DNA from: Candidatus Levyibacteriota bacterium | Lineage (GTDB): Bacteria > Patescibacteriota > Microgenomatia > Levybacterales > UBA12049 | NCBI GenBank assembly: GCA_027459745.1 | Contig: DAIDHL010000001.1 | Span: 13,828 to 77,827 of the forward strand | Direction of reading: 5' to 3' | DNA length: 64,000 nt | Part shown: piece by piece, positions 1-10,117 of the stretch | Layout: every line of letters starts with the position of its first letter | How positions within the stretch are numbered: position 1 is the first letter of the stretch | Notes under the pieces: model-generated | What the model was told of the DNA's origin: nothing | Databases searched by the model: none | Seen by the model: the letters and a program-made list of their open reading frames with translations, nothing else | Program-made: the position numbers and the translations under genes

Positions 1-61
1 AGTTATTGCTTATTATCAGGATTATCGTCATAGCTTAAATAAAAAAAACATTATAAATTTT

Positions 62-1132
62 ATGATGGCAATTTTGGCTCCCTATGTTTTCTTTCTATTT
101 TATTTATTAGTCACAGGAAGTTTTTCTGATTATGCTTATCAATCCATAATTTTTAATGAAAAATATTATATTTACAACTATCCAGGATTACAAAACGGAC
201 ATATTAATCCAATACGTTTTGCCATTGTTATGGCATACAATTTTTATAGTAATTTTTATACCTTATTAGTCCAGGTAAAAAATTTCAATTTCCCTTTTCC
301 TCTAAATATTACCTTGGCTGTAGTAGACCTTACATTACTGGTGTATGTTTTTTTCAGACGAAATTATTCGCTGTTTATTTTTATAATTCTGTATATGATT
401 TATGCCAATGCAAGATCAAACCCTTTGGATTCTGGAGAAACCGACTATCAATCAAGTGTCTATCTTTTTATGTCTCTAATTTCGTTAGTATATGTCCTAG
501 ATTCTTTATATAGTGAACTTCATTTACAAATTAATCTGGGCAAGAAAGTAATTCTTTCTAGTCTCCTTATATTATGCACGATATATAGTTTTTTTAGTGT
601 GGCTATGTTAACAGATCGTTTTTTGGGGAAAGCTTATGGTAAATATATGGGTACAGCACCCCGGATCTATGACAACTATGATCCGGCAGTTAATATCAAC
701 AATGCTATATCCAGCCCAAATGACTATATTTGGATGGGACCACTAGATTTTCAGGACTATTATTATGCAACCGGCAAACTAGCCTCTAAGTATCATATTC
801 TGATTCCTGGTATGGGGAAATCCCAGAAGATTCAGAATGAATTTATTGCAGAGATATCTACTCACAAACCTAAACTTATCTTTTTACAAAAAAATGATTT
901 TATTTTAGGTTCAGATCCTACTAAATACGGCGTTTATTTTATGAACTTTCTTAGTGCTAACTATGTCACTTTGAGTCAATACCGTCAAGGATCGGTCGCA
1001 TATACATCAACTATACAAAATAGTAAATATAGCCTCGATGAAGATATGTTCATAAACAAAGATGACGCAGATAATATAATTTCTACTCTGCTTAATGATA
1101 ATTTTATTAAACCTGTATATGCCACTCATTAA
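62..1132 (+). CDS. Hypothetical polytopic membrane protein with a soluble C-terminal domain of about 170 aa. It may be 5'-partial, because the reading frame stays open back to nt 2.
   Basis: ORF track. The N-terminal half has several hydrophobic helices (ILAPYVFFLFYLLV, LAVVDLTLLVYVFF, VILSSLLILCTIYSFFSVAML). There is no in-frame stop between the window start and the ATG at 62. Confidence 0.4.
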   Translation: MMAILAPYVFFLFYLLVTGSFSDYAYQSIIFNEKYYIYNYPGLQNGHINPIRFAIVMAYNFYSNFYTLLVQVKNFNFPFPLNITLAVVDLTLLVYVFFRRNYSLFIFIILYMIYANARSNPLDSGETDYQSSVYLFMSLISLVYVLDSLYSELHLQINLGKKVILSSLLILCTIYSFFSVAMLTDRFLGKAYGKYMGTAPRIYDNYDPAVNINNAISSPNDYIWMGPLDFQDYYYATGKLASKYHILIPGMGKSQKIQNEFIAEISTHKPKLIFLQKNDFILGSDPTKYGVYFMNFLSANYVTLSQYRQGSVAYTSTIQNSKYSLDEDMFINKDDADNIISTLLNDNFIKPVYATH

Positions 1133-2627
1133 ATCTACAAAAATCTATTGGTTTTTATTCCTAGTTATTCTAATGATTTGTTCGTACCTAAGACTGCAAA
1201 GCTCATTTAGCGGTACTTTTGCCTATACCTATGATATTGGCAGAGACATGCTAAATATTGCTAGTATTGTATATGGACATCATATTACTCTAATTGGCCC
1301 CACAACCGGCCAGGAAGGTATTTTTTATGGACCCTGGTGGTATTGGCTGCTTTCACCTTTTTTTGTACTTTTTGCCGGAAGTGTCAAGGGGATAGATGCG
1401 GTTATGGGATTAACTGGCGTCATTACTGTTTTGCTAGCTTATTGGGTAGGGTATAAAGTAGCTGGGAAGTGGAATGGTTTATTATTTATGGTTTTGTTTG
1501 GTATAGCCGGTTCATTAATCGATACTTCTTCCCAAATTTGGAATCCTAATATAGCTCCTTTTATTTTGATGTGTATTATAACTGTTTTTATTAAGTATTC
1601 TGAAGAAAAAAAAGAATTCAAAAAAATACTTTGGATGTTAGTTGTTGGTATTTTATCCACTATAACTTTAGATTCATTGGAAATAGTATATGGCACTGTA
1701 CAGTTTATAGCCGTTGTAATATTCATGCTTTTTTATTTTAGAAATAAGCTTAATCTTTTTCAGATTTGGTCATTCATTTTAGGCATTCTAATTATAGAAC
1801 TACCAAGATTCTTATTTGAAATTAGGCATCAATTTATTATGTCTAAAGCCTTATTTAACTATATATTCCATCATGCCCCGGTTAGCCAGCAGGGAGGAAT
1901 ATTTGAACAATTTGTAAAAGTCTTAAATTTAATGATGCAATTATGGCAGTCGACTATTAGTCTTCCACTCATTTGGGCTATCGTTGTTTTTATTATTACA
2001 GTTTTGAGTCTTTTGTATTTTAAAAACAAAACGAAATTTCACAAGGTAGAGAACTTACTTTATGTATTTAGTGTTTGCTATCTGTTTTGTTATTTTGTGA
2101 TATTGTCCTTCTTTAAGGGGAATGTTTGGGATCATTTTGTGGTGGGCATTCCGGTTGTTTATGAAATTTTATTCTCACTTTTTATATATAAATTGTTTTT
2201 ACATCTTAAGAAAACGAACAACAATTATGCAAAACTATTTGTAGCATTAATGATTATATATGTACTGGAGGTTTTGTTCTCATATCGACCTACTAAGACT
2301 GATTTTTTTATCAATGATCCTTCGATTTATAATAATCAAGTTGCAGTTATTAAATACATTTACTCACAAGCAGGTGGTAGGCATTTTAACTATGATGTAT
2401 ATACACCTCCAATTCATCCTTATACTTATGAATATTTGTTTAATTTTTACAGCAAAAAATATTATCCACCTAGTAACGATGGACATTTGTTATTTTATAT
2501 TATTGAACAGGATAAAAATCACCCAACTCTTAGACAGAATTGGTTAACATTGCATGATAAAAGAGGTAAAGTTATAAAAACAATAACGCTTCCTGGACAT
2601 ATCATTGTTCAAACAAGGAATATTTAA
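1095..2627 (+). CDS. Polytopic membrane protein, candidate GT-C-type glycosyltransferase; tandem paralog 1 of 4.
   Basis: About 12 predicted TM helices. It shares the N-terminal loop motif D-x-G-R-D...L-I-G-P...G-x-x-x-G-P-W-W-Y-W with the ORFs at 2605, 4852 and 6426. Confidence 0.45.
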   Translation: MIILLNLYMPLIKSTKIYWFLFLVILMICSYLRLQSSFSGTFAYTYDIGRDMLNIASIVYGHHITLIGPTTGQEGIFYGPWWYWLLSPFFVLFAGSVKGIDAVMGLTGVITVLLAYWVGYKVAGKWNGLLFMVLFGIAGSLIDTSSQIWNPNIAPFILMCIITVFIKYSEEKKEFKKILWMLVVGILSTITLDSLEIVYGTVQFIAVVIFMLFYFRNKLNLFQIWSFILGILIIELPRFLFEIRHQFIMSKALFNYIFHHAPVSQQGGIFEQFVKVLNLMMQLWQSTISLPLIWAIVVFIITVLSLLYFKNKTKFHKVENLLYVFSVCYLFCYFVILSFFKGNVWDHFVVGIPVVYEILFSLFIYKLFLHLKKTNNNYAKLFVALMIIYVLEVLFSYRPTKTDFFINDPSIYNNQVAVIKYIYSQAGGRHFNYDVYTPPIHPYTYEYLFNFYSKKYYPPSNDGHLLFYIIEQDKNHPTLRQNWLTLHDKRGKVIKTITLPGHIIVQTRNI

Positions 2628-4092
2628 TATGAGAATTTCGCTGTTAATTGTAAAAAAATATCTTAGTTTATCAAATTTCCTATTAGTATTGATCCTTCTT
2701 GTTTCAGCATTTTTCCGTTTCTATAACACTCCAGCTCGATATGGATTTGATTTTGACCCAACCCGTGATGCATTGATTATTACATATGCTGCTAAATATT
2801 TTCATTTACCTCTTATAGGAGCAGCCTCAGGAATTGCACCTATTACCTTCGGCCCATGGTATTACTATCAGATGATTATATGGCAGATTATCTTTCCTTT
2901 TACTTATTCTGCATGGTACTTGGTCGGTATTACCTCAGTACTTGTGAGCTTTTTCCTTTATAAAATAGGGGGTATGCTGGAGAATAAGTGGTACGGTTTA
3001 ATTCTGGCCTTGTTTGCAGCAATTTCTCCATCTGAAACAGGACAAACCCAAGGATTAAGTAATCCCGATCTGATTCCCATTTATTCAACCTTGATAATCT
3101 GGATGTTTGTCAGGTTTAGTAATTACAAAAATGCAGATTGGAAATGGTTATTTATGTGGGGATTTTTATTGAGTATAGGAATTAATATCCATTATCAGAT
3201 GCTGGGACTGATTCTACTACCTATATTTTATTTTATTCTTTATCACAAAAACAATATTTTAAAAGTTAGTTCATTTACCATTGGATTCTTTCTACCTTGG
3301 ATACCTTTGGTTATTTTTAATGTGCTGACTAATTGGAGCACACTGACTGGAACAATATATTTTACGCATAATCATGGATATATCGCTAATGGATGGAAAT
3401 TATATTTAAGCAATTTCTGGCTGCCGTTTTGGTCTTATATTTGGGGTGTAAATAATCTAATAGGAATCTTGATATTTCTATTTACTTTAATTATCTTTAT
3501 CTATCTTTTAGTAAGAAAAAAATTAAGCACAACATATTTAATTCTCATAAGCGTATTTTTAATTAATTTTTTAATTTTGCGTTATGCTATTGCACAAAGA
3601 GACTATTATTATTATCTGTATTTACATAGTTTAATTTTTATTTTTTTTGCCACAGCTTTATGGCAGATAAAAAAAATAAAATTCGGACTGTTAGTGATCA
3701 GTTTGTTAATATTTGTAATTACTATTTCTATGTTGGGTAAGGATTTTATCCCTCTTCAAGCAAGAAAAGATCAAAGCGACATGCTAAAAATGGCGAACAT
3801 GTTTATTAATCAATCAAATGGTAAAAAAATAACCTTGTTCGCTTGCGGAAAGGCTGGGCAGAATTATGTACAAGGAGTTGAATTCTTTCTTATGCAGACA
3901 AACAAGTTATCTGACAATACAACTGGAGCAAGATATGGTATTGCGGATTTTAGTTGTCCTTTAAAATTAACCTCAACTATTATTACAGTTGATTTGAGAT
4001 CAAGCTCTCTTAAGGATATAAATAAACAAGGATGGAAACTAATTACACCAGAAATAGTCTATAATAATACTCTAGAGTGGTGGAAAAAATAA
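2605..4092 (+). CDS. Polytopic membrane protein, candidate GT-C-type glycosyltransferase; tandem paralog 2 of 4.
   Basis: Carries the same loop motif (DPTRD...HLPLIGAASGIAPITFGPWYYY). Multi-TM, with the C-terminal region weakly similar to the other paralogs. Confidence 0.45.
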   Translation: MFKQGIFNMRISLLIVKKYLSLSNFLLVLILLVSAFFRFYNTPARYGFDFDPTRDALIITYAAKYFHLPLIGAASGIAPITFGPWYYYQMIIWQIIFPFTYSAWYLVGITSVLVSFFLYKIGGMLENKWYGLILALFAAISPSETGQTQGLSNPDLIPIYSTLIIWMFVRFSNYKNADWKWLFMWGFLLSIGINIHYQMLGLILLPIFYFILYHKNNILKVSSFTIGFFLPWIPLVIFNVLTNWSTLTGTIYFTHNHGYIANGWKLYLSNFWLPFWSYIWGVNNLIGILIFLFTLIIFIYLLVRKKLSTTYLILISVFLINFLILRYAIAQRDYYYYLYLHSLIFIFFATALWQIKKIKFGLLVISLLIFVITISMLGKDFIPLQARKDQSDMLKMANMFINQSNGKKITLFACGKAGQNYVQGVEFFLMQTNKLSDNTTGARYGIADFSCPLKLTSTIITVDLRSSSLKDINKQGWKLITPEIVYNNTLEWWKK

Positions 4093-4093
4093 T

Positions 4094-4855
4094 ATGAAAA
4101 AACTATCATTCATAACCTCAACTTTTAATGAAGAGAAGAACTTAGTTGATTGTCTTGAATCAATTAAGGATATCGCTGATGAGATTATATTGGTTGATGG
4201 GAGTTCCCAGGATAAGACGGTACAAATTGCTAAAAAATATGGGGCAAAGGTAAAAGTGACTGATAATCCACCAATTTTTTTGATCAACCGACAAAAAGCC
4301 ATCGATATGGCAACTAAAGATTGGATTCTCAATCTAGATGCTGATGAGAGGATTACTCCTGAATTGGAGAAAGAGATTAAGGATGTTTTAAAAGACGATA
4401 ATGGAAGTTTTAACGGGTATTGGATTCCCCGTAAGAATTGGTACTTGGGACGTTATTTAATGAAAGGTGGGGTATACCCTGATTATCAGTTAAGATTATA
4501 TCGCAAAGGAAAGGTTCATTTCGCACTCAAAGACGTTCATGAACAGGCAATTGTTCAAGGAAAGGTGGGTTATTTGCAACATCCTATGATTCATTTATCA
4601 GATCCTGAGTTTAAACGTTATATATTACGATTAAATCGTTATACTGACCGTATAGCAGATGAGTTAGCAGATAAACATATCGGAAAAGACCCCTTTACAG
4701 CCTTTAACTATTTTTTTATTAAACCGCTTTGGTGGTTTATTTTAACTTATGGAAGACATAAGGGTTTTATGGATGGATGGCAAGGATTGGTATTCTCTTT
4801 TTTTTCAGCTTCGCGTTTTTCAGTTGCTTATTACAAGTACCTTAAAATTAAATGA
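4094..4855 (+). CDS. Glycosyltransferase family 2 (GT-A fold).
   Basis: N-terminal GT2 signature (LSFITSTFNEEKNLVDCLESI...ILVDGSSQD...NLDADE), with the DxD-like motif DAD. Confidence 0.7.
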   Translation: MKKLSFITSTFNEEKNLVDCLESIKDIADEIILVDGSSQDKTVQIAKKYGAKVKVTDNPPIFLINRQKAIDMATKDWILNLDADERITPELEKEIKDVLKDDNGSFNGYWIPRKNWYLGRYLMKGGVYPDYQLRLYRKGKVHFALKDVHEQAIVQGKVGYLQHPMIHLSDPEFKRYILRLNRYTDRIADELADKHIGKDPFTAFNYFFIKPLWWFILTYGRHKGFMDGWQGLVFSFFSASRFSVAYYKYLKIK

Positions 4856-6429
4856 ATGTAAAAAACCTCAATTTAATACTATCCTATTTTCATAAAAATT
4901 GGCTACTAATATTTTTTATTGGGCTTACAATATTGGGACTTTATTTAAGATTTTATAACCTGCCTCTGAGAGTCGAATTAGGTGAAGATAACGGTCGTGA
5001 TATATCCATAGCCAAAGAAGCACTACTTAGGCATGAGCTACCTTTAATTGGATCTTTTAGCTCAGCTGGGCCTTTTGTTTTTGGTCCAATATATCTTTGG
5101 ACCCTTATGTTTAGTTTTGTTTTAATTCCTTCTTTTTACGCTCCATGGATTATCCTTGGCCTGCTAGAAATTATCACAGTAGCTGTTAGTTACTTAATCG
5201 GCTTAAGATTGGGAGGTAAATTGTCTGGTTTGATAATATTCTTTCTAGCAATCTTATCGCCTCAGTTGGTAGACAGTTCAACATACCTCATGCAGCATTC
5301 TTTTGTGGGATTATTTTCACTACTTAGTTTATTATTTTTTATCTTACTGTGGCAAGTTAAAAAAAATATATTTTCTTTGTTTTTAGGTTTAAGTGTAGGG
5401 GCAGCTATTAGCTTCCATTATCAGGCTATCAATTTACTAGTCGTCTTACCTTTTATATTTTTTATACCACAAATTAAATGGCCAAAGAAAATATTTATAG
5501 TCTTTCTTTTCTTCTTAGGATTATTTCTTACTCTTATGCCCTTATTTATATGGGATTACCAGCAGAAATTTGCCAATTTTCGCAATATTTTAGATTATTT
5601 TCTAATCGCTCAATACAGGATATATGTACCAAATAGTTGGAAGTTATTTATGTTTAGTTATGCTCCTAATTTTTTGAGTTATATTTCCGGGGGTAATAGT
5701 TTAATATTTTTTTATGAGTTCATAATAATCATCATTTCCGGAGTTTTGGCGTGGTATAAGAAAAGTTTCAATAATATCCTTATATCTATAATATTTATGT
5801 TTGTGCTTCTTTTAATACTAAATCGTTATTACAGGGGAGAAAGATCAGAAGGGTACTTATATTATTTTGTCCCTTTCGTTCTGATATCAGTTGGTATGTC
5901 CATCTCTTATATCTTTAGATATATATATCAGATTAATAAACGTTATTATGTTGCTGTGGCATTTTTGATAATTAGCTTACTAGTCATAGGAGTAGGAGAT
6001 TATTTGCGGATGCAAAAGGTGCCCTACTCAGGAATCTCAGTTACTCAAAGAGGAGATCAAATCATTAACTCTATAACTTCTAAGTTTCCAGGTCAAAAGT
6101 TTAGTTTATACGATTATAGAGCTAAATCTATAAATACGACAGCCTATCTAAGTGTAATTATGACAGATAAAAATTTATTAACTGAAAACGGAGTACCTAT
6201 CGGTGTAGCCAATATAAAAGATTATACGAAAGTCTCTCTTCCTATAATTTTTAAAAATGGTGAAGTTTATTTTGTAGATCTTAGTTCTCTACATATAAAA
6301 AGAACAAATAAAAATTGGGAAAAAATGAATCAAGCAGATATTTATGATACATTGATTGGTTGGTCTAATAAACATGAACTAACTTCTACATTTGATTTAA
6401 ATAGTTATCTCTTATCAAAATTTAAATGA
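4852..6429 (+). CDS. Polytopic membrane protein, candidate GT-C-type glycosyltransferase; tandem paralog 3 of 4.
   Basis: Carries the motif GEDNGRD...HELPLIGSFSSAGPFVFGPIYLW. Its C-terminus (DIYDTLIGWSNKHELTSTFDLNSYL) is conserved with the ORF at 6426. Confidence 0.5.
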   Translation: MNVKNLNLILSYFHKNWLLIFFIGLTILGLYLRFYNLPLRVELGEDNGRDISIAKEALLRHELPLIGSFSSAGPFVFGPIYLWTLMFSFVLIPSFYAPWIILGLLEIITVAVSYLIGLRLGGKLSGLIIFFLAILSPQLVDSSTYLMQHSFVGLFSLLSLLFFILLWQVKKNIFSLFLGLSVGAAISFHYQAINLLVVLPFIFFIPQIKWPKKIFIVFLFFLGLFLTLMPLFIWDYQQKFANFRNILDYFLIAQYRIYVPNSWKLFMFSYAPNFLSYISGGNSLIFFYEFIIIIISGVLAWYKKSFNNILISIIFMFVLLLILNRYYRGERSEGYLYYFVPFVLISVGMSISYIFRYIYQINKRYYVAVAFLIISLLVIGVGDYLRMQKVPYSGISVTQRGDQIINSITSKFPGQKFSLYDYRAKSINTTAYLSVIMTDKNLLTENGVPIGVANIKDYTKVSLPIIFKNGEVYFVDLSSLHIKRTNKNWEKMNQADIYDTLIGWSNKHELTSTFDLNSYLLSKFK

Positions 6430-7994
6430 AAAAAATTATTAAAAGTTTTAACTCACATTGGTATTTTTTCACAATAATTTTAATAATTATCATAGCGGGA
6501 ATAATAAGATTCTATAGCTTTAATACTTCCTGGGGGATTGGGGGGACAGACACACCCAGGGATATAATGATTTCTTCAATCGCTTTACATAGACACGAAT
6601 TACCCTTAATTGGACCTTTCAGCTCAGCCGGTCCATTTGTAACTGGACCTTTATATTTTTGGATATTAATGCCGGCAATGCTTTTCTTGCCCTTTTCTTT
6701 ATCTGCACCATTTATTTACTTCATAATGCTATCGTTACTTTTTATATTAATAATGATTTTATTAGGAAAATATTTAGTAGGAGAAATGTTTTCTTTGTTA
6801 TTGGGAATTATTGTAACATTTAGTCCCGAGAGTATTCTCTCTTCCTATACACTTAATAATCCAAACCTGGTTCCTTTATTTACTGCTCTATCTTTGTTGT
6901 TTTTCGTAATGCTAATTTATAAGCAAAAGTGGTTATATGCATTATTAATGGGATTGAGCGTGGGTATAACAATTAGCTTACATTATCAAGGTTTAAATTT
7001 ATTAATTATGATTCCTCTAATACTGGCTATTTATAATATTAAACTGCTTAACCGTTTATTTAGTTTTTTACTCTCAATTATAGGACTAATAATAACTTTT
7101 ATCCCAATTATGATTTGGGACAGCCAACAAGGTTTTGCAAATATACGTAATGTGTTGGATTATTTTTTGATAGGCCAATATAGAATGTATGTACCCAACA
7201 GCTGGAAGATTTTCTTATTAAACTTTATGCCAGATCAGTGGGCTAAAGTAATCGGAGGTTTTTATATTATAAGTCTCGTACTTATGATTTTTACACTATT
7301 TTATATCTCGTATTTATTTATAAAATTCAAAAAACAAAAACTAGAGCTAGAGTTACTTGCTATAATTTTTGTGATTTTAATTGTCGTAAACCGCTTTTAC
7401 CACGGCCTGCGACAGGAATCGTATGTGTTATATTTTTCGCCATTTATTCTTTTATTCTCCACTTTGGCTATTTATTATTTATTTATTACTATTAGGAATA
7501 AATTCAAAAATATTCCTTACATTTTTAATATCCTAGGAGGGGTTTTTATTTTATTAGTCTTAGGTTCTGGTTTACTTAGTATTGAAAATAGTTTTATTAA
7601 ACCTCAGTACCAGATGAGTAATTTAAATAATTCTGTCAATAAATTAACATCATTATACCCCCATGATAAGTTTTTGGTATTTGATTATAAAAATATGCAG
7701 AATGGTAAAAGTATGCTTTTAAGTCTGGAATTATATCGCAGGGGTTTGGAGGCCCCTCAAGGAGTAAGAATTGGCACAAGTTGCGATGCTTCCTGTGCAG
7801 TTGGGTATAGGAAATTAAATATAAGTGATTTGAATCTCGTAGAAATTCCCAAGATTGTTAAAATTAGTCAGATAGACTGGGTAAATGATAATGCGGATAA
7901 TAATTATGACCTTTTGATCGGATGGTCTAAAAAACATTTACTAAAATCCAGTTTCGATTTAAGCCAATACCTTAAAATGAGTGGCGCTAAGTGA
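6426..7994 (+). CDS. Polytopic membrane protein, candidate GT-C-type glycosyltransferase; tandem paralog 4 of 4.
   Basis: Carries the motif GGTDTPRD...HELPLIGPFSSAGPFVTGPLYFW. Its C-terminus (NYDLLIGWSKKHLLKSSFDLSQYL) is conserved with the ORF at 4852. Confidence 0.5.
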   Translation: MKKIIKSFNSHWYFFTIILIIIIAGIIRFYSFNTSWGIGGTDTPRDIMISSIALHRHELPLIGPFSSAGPFVTGPLYFWILMPAMLFLPFSLSAPFIYFIMLSLLFILIMILLGKYLVGEMFSLLLGIIVTFSPESILSSYTLNNPNLVPLFTALSLLFFVMLIYKQKWLYALLMGLSVGITISLHYQGLNLLIMIPLILAIYNIKLLNRLFSFLLSIIGLIITFIPIMIWDSQQGFANIRNVLDYFLIGQYRMYVPNSWKIFLLNFMPDQWAKVIGGFYIISLVLMIFTLFYISYLFIKFKKQKLELELLAIIFVILIVVNRFYHGLRQESYVLYFSPFILLFSTLAIYYLFITIRNKFKNIPYIFNILGGVFILLVLGSGLLSIENSFIKPQYQMSNLNNSVNKLTSLYPHDKFLVFDYKNMQNGKSMLLSLELYRRGLEAPQGVRIGTSCDASCAVGYRKLNISDLNLVEIPKIVKISQIDWVNDNADNNYDLLIGWSKKHLLKSSFDLSQYLKMSGAK

Positions 7995-8055
7995 AGATTG
8001 GATTTCCTGACTATTCCAAACTGACAGCAGATTAATTATTTGCTACAATATTATC

Positions 8056-9024
8056 ATGAATATTCTTGTGACAGGTGGAGCAGGCTATATTGGCAGTATA
8101 ACGGTTCGTAGGCTACTCAAAGAAGGGCATAACGTTACAGTCTTTGATAATTTAGTCTATGGCCACAAGGAGAACGTAGACTGTCCTCTTATTGTGGGTG
8201 ATCTGACTGATAAAGAATTCCTATTTAGTTCTTTAAAAGATAAGCAATTCGATGGAGTTATTCATTTTGCTGCCTATGCCTATGTAGGAGAATCAATGCA
8301 AAATCCTTACAAATATTTTTATAGCAATTTGAATGGCGGTTTAAATCTACTAGAATATATGGTTGCCCGAAAGATTTCTTCGATTGTTTTTTCTTCCAGC
8401 TGTACTGTATTTGGTACTCCCAAGCAACTTCCAGTTAAAGAAACTGATCCGCAAGATACTGAAAATGTTTATGGAGAGACAAAGCTAATGTTTGAAAAAA
8501 TGCTGGTCTGGTATGACAAAATATTTGGTATTAAATCAATTATTCTACGGTATTTTAATGCTTCTGGGGCAGCTTTAGACGGAAGTTTAGGTGAAAATCA
8601 TAACCCTGAGACTCATATCATTCCTATAGCTCTTCAAGTGGCTCAGGGCAAGAGACAAGAGTTTGAAATGTATGGTAATGATTATGATACCCCTGACGGG
8701 ACATGCATTCGTGATTATATACATGTTGAAGACCTGGCTACCGCCCATATTTTAGCTCTTCATAAGTTAGCAAATGATAAAATCAGTGATAATTTTAATT
8801 TGGGTACAGGCCATGGGTATTCTAATAAAGAAGTTATTTCCATGATTGAAAAAATCACTGGCAAACAAATTCCTGTAATTTTTAAACCCCGAAGATTTGG
8901 TGATGCTCCAGCTATTTATGCCGATAATTCTAAAGCTAAGAATATACTTGGATTTACGCCGGAGCATTCAGATTTAGAAACCATTATTTCTACAGCCTGG
9001 GATTGGCATAAAAAGAGCAGTTAA
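8056..9024 (+). CDS. galE: UDP-glucose 4-epimerase.
   Basis: The N-terminus MNILVTGGAGYIGS is a Rossmann GxxGxxG motif. The active-site YGETK motif is present, and overall GalE-like SDR architecture runs along the whole length. Confidence 0.85.
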   Translation: MNILVTGGAGYIGSITVRRLLKEGHNVTVFDNLVYGHKENVDCPLIVGDLTDKEFLFSSLKDKQFDGVIHFAAYAYVGESMQNPYKYFYSNLNGGLNLLEYMVARKISSIVFSSSCTVFGTPKQLPVKETDPQDTENVYGETKLMFEKMLVWYDKIFGIKSIILRYFNASGAALDGSLGENHNPETHIIPIALQVAQGKRQEFEMYGNDYDTPDGTCIRDYIHVEDLATAHILALHKLANDKISDNFNLGTGHGYSNKEVISMIEKITGKQIPVIFKPRRFGDAPAIYADNSKAKNILGFTPEHSDLETIISTAWDWHKKSS

Positions 9025-9034
9025 ATTAGTTTTT

Positions 9035-10117
9035 ATGAACATAGCTCTAGATATAACGCCCATTAGCTCTAATAGTAATTCTCAGCACAAGGTAAGAGGA
9101 GTTGGTTTTTATATTAAGAATCTTAAAAATTCTCTTACAAAATATCTTCCTGATAATAATTATCAATTTGTTGATGACTTAAATAAGATTGATTCCTCTA
9201 CAAACCTTTTGCATATACCTTATTTCGATCCTTTTTTTGTACATCTACCTAAATTTAAAAAATATTCTACTATAGTAACCATTCATGATTTAACCCCGCT
9301 TATATTTCCGGAACATTTTCCAATTGGTTTAAAGGGAAATATTAAATGGCAGATACAAAAACATCTGGTTAAACAAGCGGATGCTATTATTACTGATTCG
9401 CAATCTTCAAAAAAAGATATTGTTTCTTTGTTAAAATTTAACTCAGAAAAAGTTCACGTAGTTTATTTAGCAGCAGGGGAAGAGTTTAAACGTAGTATAA
9501 ATAATCAAAAGCAGAAAAGAGAAATGCTTACAAAATATAATTTGCCGGAAAGATTTGTACTGTATGTTGGGGATGTTACTTGGAATAAGAATCTACCTCT
9601 TCTGATAAAAGCGGTCAAAAAACAACAAATTCCTCTTGTTATGATAGGTAGCGCTTTATCTCAAGCTAATTACGATAGAACAAATCCTTGGAATAGTGAT
9701 CTTAATATGATTAATAAAGAAATTGAGAATGTTAAATATATTCATACACTAGGCTTTGTTCCTAGTCAGGACCTGGTAGATATTTACAATTTGGCTACGT
9801 GTTTAGTTTTGCCTTCTATTTATGAGGGATTTGGTCTGACTGTCCTGGAGGCCATGCAGTGTGGTTGTCCCGTTATTACGACGAGAAATGGTTCTTTACC
9901 TGAAATAGCAGGAAATGCAGCTCTATATATCAATGGAGAAGATGAAAATGATATTATAGAAGGAATACAGAAGCTTTTTTCATCTGAAAAATTGCAAAAA
10001 GAACTTTGTCTTAAAGGGTTGGAACAAGCTAGAAATTTTTCCTGGGAAAAAACAGCCAAACAAACGATGAATGTATACAAGTCCGTCTATGAAGCAACAC
10101 ATAACTCGTCTTTATAA
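9035..10117 (+). CDS. Glycosyltransferase family 4 (GT-B, Glycos_transf_1).
   Basis: C-terminal EGFGLTVLEAMQCGCPVITT nucleotide-sugar binding motif. Confidence 0.75.
   Translation: MNIALDITPISSNSNSQHKVRGVGFYIKNLKNSLTKYLPDNNYQFVDDLNKIDSSTNLLHIPYFDPFFVHLPKFKKYSTIVTIHDLTPLIFPEHFPIGLKGNIKWQIQKHLVKQADAIITDSQSSKKDIVSLLKFNSEKVHVVYLAAGEEFKRSINNQKQKREMLTKYNLPERFVLYVGDVTWNKNLPLLIKAVKKQQIPLVMIGSALSQANYDRTNPWNSDLNMINKEIENVKYIHTLGFVPSQDLVDIYNLATCLVLPSIYEGFGLTVLEAMQCGCPVITTRNGSLPEIAGNAALYINGEDENDIIEGIQKLFSSEKLQKELCLKGLEQARNFSWEKTAKQTMNVYKSVYEATHNSSL

Noticed and set aside
1439-1726. Numerous short ORFs of 60-124 aa on the strand opposite to, or in alternative frames of, long well-supported genes. Examples are 1439-1726(-), 2260-2547(+), 4072-4332(-), 8767-8967(-), 14052-14426(-), 15724-16050(-), 17713-18039(-), 49513-49824(+), 50114-50389(+) and 62958-63179(-).
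   Set aside because: All lie entirely within longer ORFs with clear homology signatures. They have low-complexity or hydrophobic translations typical of AT-rich antisense frames and no independent start context. I treated them as spurious.
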